Positions 28,500 to 36,988 of a stretch of 64,000 nt of DNA are shown piece after piece. Below the pieces are notes generated by a model. That model was given only the letters and a program-made list of their open reading frames with translations, had not been told where the DNA came from and ran no database searches. The stretch lies in IMG/VR virus record IMGVR_UViG_3300005615_000002, positions 4,159-68,158 of that record; one strand, 5' to 3'. The stretch comes from a virus. Lineage: Duplodnaviria > Caudoviricetes. Numbering within the stretch: position 1 is the first letter of the stretch; each line of letters begins with the position of its first letter. Both the position numbers and the translations under genes were made by a program.

Positions 28500-29428
28500 T
28501 ATGCTAAATCGTGAGACTGCATATAAGATGCATTTAGATTACTTTGATTACGGCTTTGATCTGCCTGATACCAAATAGAATTCTGCATTCGTTCTACATC
28601 TTCTTTAATTAATATTCCAATGCGTCTATCATAATTTTTTTCATGAAAATCAGCAGTATTTTGAGAAAAATACGGATTTGGATCATTACGGTTTGGTCCA
28701 GGCCACTTAGCGGTATACATCAACCCACGTTCTAAGATGATATCTCCATCACCCAACGTATCTGGAATGACTACACCGGCATCAAAAGCTGCACCATAAT
28801 TACTCATATAAGCCATCAAATAAAAAGCTTGAGAAGTCTGGTGTGGCCATAGTTCATAACGTGGAGAACCATTATAATAATCATATGGTACTAAAACTCG
28901 TGGAGGACTACCCACTACTGAACGTTGTGGATCTCGTCGATCTATCATTTCTAAGTTGACGTTGTCTGTTACTACAGTCCAATACGTAACTGGATCTACT
29001 ACAGATAGAAATGATTGAAAGTCTGACGGCATTGATATAAAAGCTTGATATACTTTAAATGCTTGGTCAGTAGCACTTTGTCCAGTCCAGTTTTCAGATA
29101 AAGTATAAGTATTAAGTCCAGTATCCACCCCAGTTATAGTCAAAATAGGGGATGCTACACCGGTTCTAAACTGGCGACCTTGATGAGATATATCTACCAC
29201 ACCACCACCAGTTAAAGTCACGGTTGGTGAACCATAACTAACAACAGCAGTTCCAATAGAATAAGCTGTGGGTACAGTAATTTGAGCACGCTTAATACGC
29301 CATGACCAAGAATACAGGTCACGAACATCATCAAACGCTTTTTTAATTAGATCTCGGGCTATGAAAGGCCCAAGCTTAGGGCATCTTAAAAGTAGTTTTC
29401 TCGCAAGCCCATCAAAAGTTTCCGACAC
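28499..29428 (-). CDS. Head-tail adaptor protein
   Basis: 309 aa; IKKAFDDV..YSWSW, PPRVL..YELWP motifs; after the capsid genes. Confidence 0.55.
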   Translation of the reverse strand: MSETFDGLARKLLLRCPKLGPFIARDLIKKAFDDVRDLYSWSWRIKRAQITVPTAYSIGTAVVSYGSPTVTLTGGGVVDISHQGRQFRTGVASPILTITGVDTGLNTYTLSENWTGQSATDQAFKVYQAFISMPSDFQSFLSVVDPVTYWTVVTDNVNLEMIDRRDPQRSVVGSPPRVLVPYDYYNGSPRYELWPHQTSQAFYLMAYMSNYGAAFDAGVVIPDTLGDGDIILERGLMYTAKWPGPNRNDPNPYFSQNTADFHEKNYDRRIGILIKEDVERMQNSIWYQADQSRNQSNLNASYMQSHDLA

Positions 29429-29431
29429 ATT

Positions 29432-29683
29432 TTACCGTCCAATGACGTAAACTCTACCAGTAAAAGCGCTGCCAAGGTTGAACGTTACCTGTCCTGCTGT
29501 AGAACCCGAACCTACAGTCCAGCCCCCAGCAGCCCATTTACTAGAATCACTAATAGAAACAAGCCATACATCTTTGAGGCCGGTTACCAGAACATCCCCA
29601 TTGCTTAGCGTAAGAGACTTCCAAACCCTGGCTCTTTCATTAGCTAAATCATAAAGATCAGCTTTAGTTTTAATAGTTGCCAT
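29432..29683 (-). CDS. Small structural protein
   Basis: 83 aa beta-rich ORF in capsid module. Confidence 0.55.
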   Translation of the reverse strand: MATIKTKADLYDLANERARVWKSLTLSNGDVLVTGLKDVWLVSISDSSKWAAGGWTVGSGSTAGQVTFNLGSAFTGRVYVIGR

Positions 29684-29697
29684 TTAAGTTTGGCTCC

Positions 29698-30306
29698 TTA
29701 GTCAATAAAGTCTATATTCAAGTAAGCTGGGAACTTGCCCCCAGAAGCAGTAGGAGATAGTACCGTTCCGATTAGTACAGCCGAAGTAGGAGCTGTTCCA
29801 GCAGCTACTGAGACAGCATCGGCGCTAGTACCAGTATTAGCTACAAAAGCATCACCTGGGTTTGGCGTGGATGAACTCTTGACGCCAGCCCCAGAGTCTT
29901 TACCAGAAACACCGGTAGTACCCTTCTGGTGAACAAAGAACTGTTCTCCCGCAACTGCGGCCATTTCTACTATACCTGCTACAGCATTACGATGATCTTT
30001 GGTTACTGTATTAGCTGGTAGAAGAGCAGAGTCTGCGAATCTAGAATCATTCGTAACTAGGTACTGAGTACGATCCTTCCAGAACGCTACCTGCCCCGCA
30101 GCCGGAATACCAGTAGGAGTTGCCGAGGTGGCACCGGAATCCATCTTAACTAGCTGGAACTGATGACCAGACCACGGTAGTACTCCACCAATTTCACCCG
30201 GCTCTAGAAGGCCAACACCATTTAGACCTTCTGTATTACCATGCCACGTAAAGGGATTTCCGTTAGGAACGGTTGCCGCTCTACGATACTGATTAAAATT
30301 ACCCAT
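29698..30306 (-). CDS. Capsid decoration/cement protein
   Basis: 202 aa Gly/Ala/Thr-rich, directly after the MCP gene. Confidence 0.55.
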   Translation of the reverse strand: MGNFNQYRRAATVPNGNPFTWHGNTEGLNGVGLLEPGEIGGVLPWSGHQFQLVKMDSGATSATPTGIPAAGQVAFWKDRTQYLVTNDSRFADSALLPANTVTKDHRNAVAGIVEMAAVAGEQFFVHQKGTTGVSGKDSGAGVKSSSTPNPGDAFVANTGTSADAVSVAAGTAPTSAVLIGTVLSPTASGGKFPAYLNIDFID

Positions 30307-30334
30307 TGTTTTCGTTCCTCCGATAAATCCTTAA

Positions 30335-31426
30335 TTAACCTGTAATACCAAATAGCTGCCGGTGATAACGAGGACCTGGAACAGTAATATTACCAGCAAA
30401 TAGAATCTGACCTACGATAGTAGTATTATCCTGTGCTGGTTTGAATCCTGTAAATCCGAAGCGGAATTCAGGATCACTTGAAATATAAAGGTTAAGATAA
30501 GGGTTACGTGCATTAATGATCCACAGAGATTCGGCATTTGTAGCTCCACCTACTGTTGGATAGTTAGTGCCTGGAACGCCTGTAAGGGAGTCCATAAAAG
30601 CGCTAACTACTGGATCGCCACGGTTTACAATAGCAGATCCTGGTACGTAACGAGAGCGAAGAATAGTAGCCCCGTTAAACTTCATACCAGTAATACCAGC
30701 CTTGATGTCAGTAACGCTTTCATAGCGCTGCTGAGCCTGGAACTTCTCCTTTAGATAAGAGAAACCAAGAACTGTAGTAGCTAGAACATTCGGTTCTTTA
30801 TCACCAAAAGTAGCGTTACCATATTCCTCTTCCAGACGTGGATACTCTAAAGTACCAGCAATGTTCTGAGGAGCAGTATTAAGAGCCGCACCTACTACAC
30901 CACCACGAGTAATTGTTCCATAGGTACCATAAGTCTGCCCATTCCAAGAGGTATTAGTACCATCATTGAGGGCTTCTGCAAAACCATTTACGTTATTGGA
31001 GTAATTGGCCTGCACACCATCTAGATACATACCTATTGAAAGCTGAGCACCAATCCAGGTATATGCTTCTTCGGTTGCAGCCTTGACAATAGAGAAAATT
31101 GCCTCGTCTGAGCCGTTGTTGAATACTTGAATATCTTCTTTATACAACGTAATATTACTGTAGTAGAATTTAGGAACTACCTGAATTGCCTGCTTGGTAA
31201 GCTTCTGAGATATATTAAAGCTCTGGCCCTTGGCATATGGCCCACCATTAGGTACATCATACAGGAAATTTTCCTGAATAAGACGTCCACCAGTGAAATC
31301 GATCTTTAGAGTATCACGCATATATGCAAATACAGGATCGTTCTGGTAGATATTGTCTAGAATCTTGTTGCGTGCATTCTTAATAAATCTACGCGTCGAA
31401 AGGGTAATTAGATCTAATTCGGCCAT
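30335..31426 (-). CDS. Major capsid protein
   Basis: 363 aa; DNIY..DP, GG.LIQ.NF.Y, NNG...IFSIV pattern; downstream of scaffold; biased codon use. Confidence 0.85.
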   Translation of the reverse strand: MAELDLITLSTRRFIKNARNKILDNIYQNDPVFAYMRDTLKIDFTGGRLIQENFLYDVPNGGPYAKGQSFNISQKLTKQAIQVVPKFYYSNITLYKEDIQVFNNGSDEAIFSIVKAATEEAYTWIGAQLSIGMYLDGVQANYSNNVNGFAEALNDGTNTSWNGQTYGTYGTITRGGVVGAALNTAPQNIAGTLEYPRLEEEYGNATFGDKEPNVLATTVLGFSYLKEKFQAQQRYESVTDIKAGITGMKFNGATILRSRYVPGSAIVNRGDPVVSAFMDSLTGVPGTNYPTVGGATNAESLWIINARNPYLNLYISSDPEFRFGFTGFKPAQDNTTIVGQILFAGNITVPGPRYHRQLFGITG

Positions 31427-31484
31427 TGCCTATTTTCCTCCCCAACACACCCGGCCCAACAATGGCCGAATATAAAAGGTATTT

Positions 31485-32303
31485 TTAATGTGCTATACCG
31501 GATCTACCAGTACGCATTGACTGTACAAAATCAGTCATAAGTTCAAAATCAGATGGACCATTATTAGTTGCGGCTCGATCACTAGCCTGAGCTGCTGCTG
31601 CGGCTGCTTGAGGAGTCTGAGTACGCTCCGGAGACTGGTCACGTAGCACTTCATCAAGTGGTGAAGTAACCTCTTCTCCAGTTGTAGCACTACGATTACT
31701 TAGGAGATAGCTATTGACGCCACTACGAGTGGCCTCATTCTGCATCTTTTCAGTTAGTTCCTTAGTAATCTTGTCTCTAAGTTCTTTTTCTTTACGTTCT
31801 GCTTCCATAGGAGCTACCCATTCCTGATAAGCTGCCCATGGTGTAAGTTTCTTTTCTTCAATGAGTTTTTCTATTGGCTCAATATCTGGTAGGGTTTTGT
31901 AATTATCAAAATGATATTTACGAACCTTTTCCAGGTCCCGCTGAACTGCTGAGAAGTTTCGATAAATGCGCTGTTCAGTTTCAGCTATATTCTGGTTCTG
32001 AGCTGGCTGAGATGGTGTAGATTGCGGTGTAGTAAGTGTAGTATTTGGCTGGCCTGTGAGGGTATTTTGAACTGTATCTAGCTGAGCTTTAACCTTTTCA
32101 TACTCGTTAGCTAGTGCCTCGATCTGAGGCTGCTTTTCAAACCAGAACCTATTCCAGCTTACTACTTTATTTTGCTCTTCTGTTAAAAGGGCATTACTCT
32201 CTGACATATCTCCGTCATAAAGTTCTAGGATTGCACGAGCTGCATCTTCCGAAATTCCATACTGCGTTTTAAGATCGTTAATCTTTTCTTTAAGCTTTGC
32301 CAT
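31485..32303 (-). CDS. Capsid scaffolding protein
   Basis: Acidic coiled-coil protein immediately upstream of MCP. Confidence 0.7.
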   Translation of the reverse strand: MAKLKEKINDLKTQYGISEDAARAILELYDGDMSESNALLTEEQNKVVSWNRFWFEKQPQIEALANEYEKVKAQLDTVQNTLTGQPNTTLTTPQSTPSQPAQNQNIAETEQRIYRNFSAVQRDLEKVRKYHFDNYKTLPDIEPIEKLIEEKKLTPWAAYQEWVAPMEAERKEKELRDKITKELTEKMQNEATRSGVNSYLLSNRSATTGEEVTSPLDEVLRDQSPERTQTPQAAAAAAQASDRAATNNGPSDFELMTDFVQSMRTGRSGIAH

Positions 32304-32349
32304 AAACTCTTTCTGTTAAGTAATATAATACACTATTTGTATTTTTAAT

Positions 32350-32877
32350 TTACATTCCAGGGATCATCCCAGGAGGAGGTGGCATTGGAGGACCAGCGCC
32401 AGGGCCTTGTGGAGGCATTGGACCGCCAGTACCCATAGGCATCCCAGGAGGAGGCATCATCCCAGGAGGACCTTGTGGACCTGGAGCAGGAAGCGGCATA
32501 CCCATCGGAGGTACAAGCCCTGTTCCCCCATTTGTAAAATCATTCATCATCTGTGGTACGAGCATCGTAAGACGCCCAGTAAGATCACTTAGAACTGGCA
32601 CCAAACCGGGTAGGACTGTAGAAAGTGTTTTAATACCAGTCATAACCTGGGCTAAAGCCTGATTTGCCAATACTTGAACACTACCACCCTCAGCACCTAA
32701 CCCATTTGCATTCTGGTCCATAAGCCCACCAGACGCCTGTTGAAATAAAGAACCTTTTGGAGTAGCAGGCTGAGGCTTATCTTCCGATGGCGGAGGGCCA
32801 TCATCTATAGTTCTATCTGGGGCTTTGGATGGTTTATCTGATTCATCCTGACCTTTTAATTGGGTAATTAATGCCAT
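32350..32877 (-). CDS. Pro/Gly/Met-rich hypothetical protein
   Basis: 175 aa with PPGM-like low-complexity C-terminus. Confidence 0.7.
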   Translation of the reverse strand: MALITQLKGQDESDKPSKAPDRTIDDGPPPSEDKPQPATPKGSLFQQASGGLMDQNANGLGAEGGSVQVLANQALAQVMTGIKTLSTVLPGLVPVLSDLTGRLTMLVPQMMNDFTNGGTGLVPPMGMPLPAPGPQGPPGMMPPPGMPMGTGGPMPPQGPGAGPPMPPPPGMIPGM

Positions 32878-33006
32878 TTATTTGAGTTTCTTAGAGGTTA
32901 CTGCTGGAGATACTAGCTGACCTGTTTTAGCTGGTGTTCGGCGGATACCCTTCATCGACAACTTACCAGTCACTGACTGTTTACTTGCAACCTTAATTCC
33001 TGCCAT
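32878..33006 (-). CDS. Small Lys/Arg-rich protein (42 aa, not in ORF track)
   Basis: MAGIKVASKQSVTGKLSMKGIRRTPAKTGQLVSPAVTSKKLK; AAGGAG RBS; abuts both neighbours. Confidence 0.65.
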   Translation of the reverse strand: MAGIKVASKQSVTGKLSMKGIRRTPAKTGQLVSPAVTSKKLK

Positions 33007-33186
33007 TTATGCTCCTTTAAGTGGGACATTTGCGCCTAATTTTCGTGCTTTACTAAGTAATATGGCTGTTTTCTGCTTCTGTGCTCTAGCTATTCCAAAT
33101 TTTCGCTGCGTATCTTTCAATACACTTGGTGGGTTGTTTTTTATCTCATTTCCCACAGCTTTAAGAATACTACTTTTATCTGCCAT
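33007..33186 (-). CDS. Small Lys-rich protein (59 aa, not in ORF track)
   Basis: MADKSSILKAVGNEIKNNPP...KARKLGANVPLKGA; abuts the next gene. Confidence 0.65.
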   Translation of the reverse strand: MADKSSILKAVGNEIKNNPPSVLKDTQRKFGIARAQKQKTAILLSKARKLGANVPLKGA

Positions 33187-33231
33187 ATTTGTAGCTTATT
33201 AATAATACCATAATTGATAATTATAAAACTA

Positions 33232-35241
33232 TTAGTTATAAGACATTAAAACCCATGTAGTAGAAGCTTGGTCATATATAAACGTAGCAGCATGTACTCC
33301 TACTATATTAGCGCCTGTATTAGTACGAATCCTATTAGCAGCAGTACTGGAAGCATCTGCATTAACTAAGGTCATAGTCTGAGCGCCTAAATACATAATT
33401 CGTATTTCTCGTCCCTGCCATCCATCTGAAAAACCGCCAACAGAGAATCCTGCTGAAGGTCCAGAAAGTAATAGATTTTTATATGTTTGCTGTATTACAA
33501 TGTTAGAATTCAATCCATTACCAAGGGTAAGTGCTCGTGGTGCCATTCCACCACCTTCCACAACATCACCCCCAATGGTAAGGAATGGTCGAAGAGCAGT
33601 AGGTATCTGTGGTGGTTGTCCAGTAGCTACGGTATCATCACCAAACCACTGCCAATCGGGCTCTGCCGATAATTTAAATGGATAGTGGGTAGGCATGCTG
33701 GCAAAATAAGTTGTAAAATTTATTCCACCACCATTAACAATCTTTGGAAACTCGAAATAATAAGAATTTCCCTGGAAAATCATAAGTTGAGGTACATCTG
33801 TTTGTAGATTCAAGACGCCAACATTATTACCACTTATGTTGGTAGTTCCACAATTAAGATAACTGTCACGTATAATAAAAGACGTAGGGGATGGAGGATT
33901 AAATCCGTTGGATAAATTGGGCGCTGTAAACCAGTACGCTACTGGTACTCCTCCAGCAAATTCTCCACCAAAACGTGATTTATTAATAACTAAATTACTA
34001 CCATGCATATCTATCCAACGCTGTTGAAGAGCTTCATCTAGTACCGGTGATCCCCAAAAATCCTCTAAATTAAGTACACAATTCGTTGCAACATATATTA
34101 GGGCTGAGTTACTTGGCGTGTTTATTAAACCAGTATCTACACTACCTCCAGTAATCCATATATGTGACATGTTTGTAGGAGCGGAAGTGGTATACATAAT
34201 CTTCTGGCATCCAGTAAAACGTGAACGTTCTACTGTAACTGTAGTATTGCCTGCTGTAGATCCGTCAATAGCCCCATAAAGAGCATAATCATGGGAATCA
34301 ATAAAAGAACAATCTAAAATTGATAATAGACCACCCTCATTATTGCCATTATTATATGCAATATGATGTCGTCCACCGCGGAATTTAAGTCCAGAGATTA
34401 CATTATCAAAATTTCCACTTTTAAGAGCCCCAGGATTAAATGTCCATACTAAAATATCACTAGTAGCATCTGTTTGATAAATAAGAGCCCCACCAGTACC
34501 AGAAAAACTAGTATACTGGCCATACTGTAATACTCCACCAGGATTAACTTTAATAGCATGATTAATTACATATACTAAACCTGGGATTTGTACTGTTTGT
34601 CCTGCAGCACTAACACTACCAAGACCGGCTCCAAAAGTTGTTGCTTGGCCAGCAGCAGTAGTACATTTTTGTAACACGGCCCAGTCTAGTTCATCAGTCA
34701 AACTGGTAACTTCTGGGTAATCTACTTGGGCAGCAACAAGAGTAGAATAAAATCCTGAAAGTGGTTTAGAAAATCCATTGCCCAAGACAGCTAGTTGGCT
34801 TCCAGTAGCAGTACATGTTCTAACATCAAAGCTGCTTTGCCCACTAACACCCGCCGCACTAGGCCATGTGAAGGGAGATATACAAGGTAATTGTCCAGTT
34901 AAACCACAACTGGTAGTAATTCCTGTGCCTGAAAATTTAATATCAAAATTGGTGGAATCAGTCCAAAAACTGAAAGATCCATCACTTCCAGCTGTAAATG
35001 GATTTGCTTTATTAGTACCATTATTATCAGAAAACAAAGGAACTAACGTAGTAGTACCGGCAGCATATACTGTGACGGTACAGTTAGGAAATGATCTTTG
35101 TACCTGTGTTAAAGACTGGGACCCAGAAGTGAGTACCCTAGCTCCACCCTGTTGAGCATAATTAAAATAATATACTCTACCAAAAACATTAGTAGAAATA
35201 AGAAATAGAGAGGCTATAAAAAGACTTTTAAAAAGTTTCAT
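33232..35241 (-). CDS. Tailspike-like / pectate-lyase-like beta-helix protein with N-terminal signal peptide
   Basis: MKLFKSLFIASLFLISTNVFG signal-like peptide; VTVYAAGTTT..NPFTA.SDG.F particle-binding-type domain; beta-helix-like repeats (ISGLKF, ILDCSF, VERSRF). Confidence 0.6.
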   Translation of the reverse strand: MKLFKSLFIASLFLISTNVFGRVYYFNYAQQGGARVLTSGSQSLTQVQRSFPNCTVTVYAAGTTTLVPLFSDNNGTNKANPFTAGSDGSFSFWTDSTNFDIKFSGTGITTSCGLTGQLPCISPFTWPSAAGVSGQSSFDVRTCTATGSQLAVLGNGFSKPLSGFYSTLVAAQVDYPEVTSLTDELDWAVLQKCTTAAGQATTFGAGLGSVSAAGQTVQIPGLVYVINHAIKVNPGGVLQYGQYTSFSGTGGALIYQTDATSDILVWTFNPGALKSGNFDNVISGLKFRGGRHHIAYNNGNNEGGLLSILDCSFIDSHDYALYGAIDGSTAGNTTVTVERSRFTGCQKIMYTTSAPTNMSHIWITGGSVDTGLINTPSNSALIYVATNCVLNLEDFWGSPVLDEALQQRWIDMHGSNLVINKSRFGGEFAGGVPVAYWFTAPNLSNGFNPPSPTSFIIRDSYLNCGTTNISGNNVGVLNLQTDVPQLMIFQGNSYYFEFPKIVNGGGINFTTYFASMPTHYPFKLSAEPDWQWFGDDTVATGQPPQIPTALRPFLTIGGDVVEGGGMAPRALTLGNGLNSNIVIQQTYKNLLLSGPSAGFSVGGFSDGWQGREIRIMYLGAQTMTLVNADASSTAANRIRTNTGANIVGVHAATFIYDQASTTWVLMSYN

Positions 35242-35248
35242 ATTTATT

Positions 35249-36631
35249 TTATAATCCTACAACACAATGACTTCCACGTTTTACTGTAATAGCATCAGAA
35301 GTATTTCCAGTAAGTACAAGAATATTAATAATAGACTCTGATGCATTAGAAGGCTGTTCTATAAAACCACTTATTACAGCGTTCCATACTGTTGTAATAG
35401 CCGAAGGAGTAAACGTAACAATAGAAGTTGCTGTAGTGGAAGCTAGCGTTGGCACGTTGGCATTTACAGCGGCGCTTGTAGATGTCCAAACAGTTGCTTT
35501 GGCCATAATATTGGTAGGGGCTACCGAGACATCCTGAATACCAAACTGGTTAGCTACAGCCGCAGTAGCCTGTGAGTATAATATTTCACATCTAAATGGT
35601 ACATTTGTGGCACGATTAGCTGGCATCGTCCAAGACAGGCCAGTAATAGTTACAAAAGTGGCTGAAGATGTTGTAAAATCTGAGGTACCAACTTTAAAAA
35701 TATTACCATCAGGAATAATAGTAGAACCAGATGGGTTACTGATTATGGCCCGTTGCGTATTAGATAGACCAAAATCTTTGATTGATAGGGCAGTATTAGC
35801 TACATGTTGGGTAGTACCAGATGCTTGTGGGGTACCGGCTTGAAATAAAAGCTGTGATCCAGCAGCAGTACCAGTACCTAAAGATGTTATTAATTTGGCA
35901 TCTGCTCCAGCAACGTTTGAATCTGTACCACTACGAGAACCCTGGAATGTTACAGTTTGAGCAACTGGAGATGCAGCGTCATCAGAACCAAACTGAAAAG
36001 AGGCCGCAGCCCTACGTCGTATAAGCAAATCCTGCGCGGAGCCGAAGTTTAATCCTGTTGGTGCTACGACCATAGCAAGTGTAGGGGTATAGGTATTCCC
36101 AGGTGTTTGTCCGGAATCAATAAGAAAGTTGAATGAGCCCAGGCCAAGAGAAAAAATACCGGGATTAGCAGTTTTTGCAACCCAGTTAGTACCATTGAAA
36201 TATGCACCAACCGCTATGTTTGCATTATTGGCTCCAGAAGCAAATATGTAAAGACCAGAGTCAACATCGGTTGTAGACATATGGAGTCCCTGAGTTCCAC
36301 TCAAAGCGCCATATAGATCAAGAACATAACGAGATGTACCAGTACCTAATCTAAGACTGGTAGCAGTAGGAGCACCCAAAAATGGAGTTGTTAAAGCCAA
36401 ATCAGCATCAGTTACAGATGTTCTAGTACTTAATGGCTGAAATGTAGTACCATCATAGTAAAACAGTAAATGAGAAGTAAGATTTTCATAAATATCACCT
36501 TCTACAGGATTAGAAGGTGCTCCATTAAACCTTACAACTCGTCTGGCTGTTGAAGAACTTACCCCATCAGCATACAAATGCGTGCCTGTTAAGACTAATA
36601 GGGCAAAAAGGAATCCACAAAATTTCTTCAT
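35249..36631 (-). CDS. Fibre-like beta-rich protein with N-terminal signal peptide
   Basis: Start MKKFCGFLFALLVLTGTHLYA; Thr/Gly/Ala-rich fibre-like body. Confidence 0.55.
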   Translation of the reverse strand: MKKFCGFLFALLVLTGTHLYADGVSSSTARRVVRFNGAPSNPVEGDIYENLTSHLLFYYDGTTFQPLSTRTSVTDADLALTTPFLGAPTATSLRLGTGTSRYVLDLYGALSGTQGLHMSTTDVDSGLYIFASGANNANIAVGAYFNGTNWVAKTANPGIFSLGLGSFNFLIDSGQTPGNTYTPTLAMVVAPTGLNFGSAQDLLIRRRAAASFQFGSDDAASPVAQTVTFQGSRSGTDSNVAGADAKLITSLGTGTAAGSQLLFQAGTPQASGTTQHVANTALSIKDFGLSNTQRAIISNPSGSTIIPDGNIFKVGTSDFTTSSATFVTITGLSWTMPANRATNVPFRCEILYSQATAAVANQFGIQDVSVAPTNIMAKATVWTSTSAAVNANVPTLASTTATSIVTFTPSAITTVWNAVISGFIEQPSNASESIINILVLTGNTSDAITVKRGSHCVVGL

Positions 36632-36644
36632 TATATATTTTCTC

Positions 36645-36980
36645 TTATACATGCTTTATTAGCTGTGCCACAATTATAGCTCCGGCCGTATCAGACTTAA
36701 CCCACCAGTCAGCCGCCTGAAACCCGCTAGATGTAGGTGATACAGGTGGTCCATAGGCCCCGTCTGGACCTAAAAAGTTTATACCAGCGTTTGACACAAC
36801 ATCATCACCACCAGCAAATCCAAAGGCTCCATTAGTTTGGCACTGAAAAGTAATAGCTCGGCCTTTATGAGTAGATAGCGTAACTGTAGTTGGTGCACTC
36901 GTAGTACCTGTAACTACATTATATGCAGTATTTGCTAAAGTACAGGTTATTCTATATGTTTTTATTGAATTGCTTGCCAT
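36645..36980 (-). CDS. Small structural protein
   Basis: 111 aa beta-rich ORF after the portal gene, with RBS. Confidence 0.6.
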   Translation of the reverse strand: MASNSIKTYRITCTLANTAYNVVTGTTSAPTTVTLSTHKGRAITFQCQTNGAFGFAGGDDVVSNAGINFLGPDGAYGPPVSPTSSGFQAADWWVKSDTAGAIIVAQLIKHV

Positions 36981-36988
36981 ACTTCTCC

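Noticed and set aside
31451-31478. Terminator between scaffold and MCP (cggcc/ggccg hairpin)
   Set aside because: Only a 5-bp stem, with no U-tract directly after it on the coding (minus) strand.
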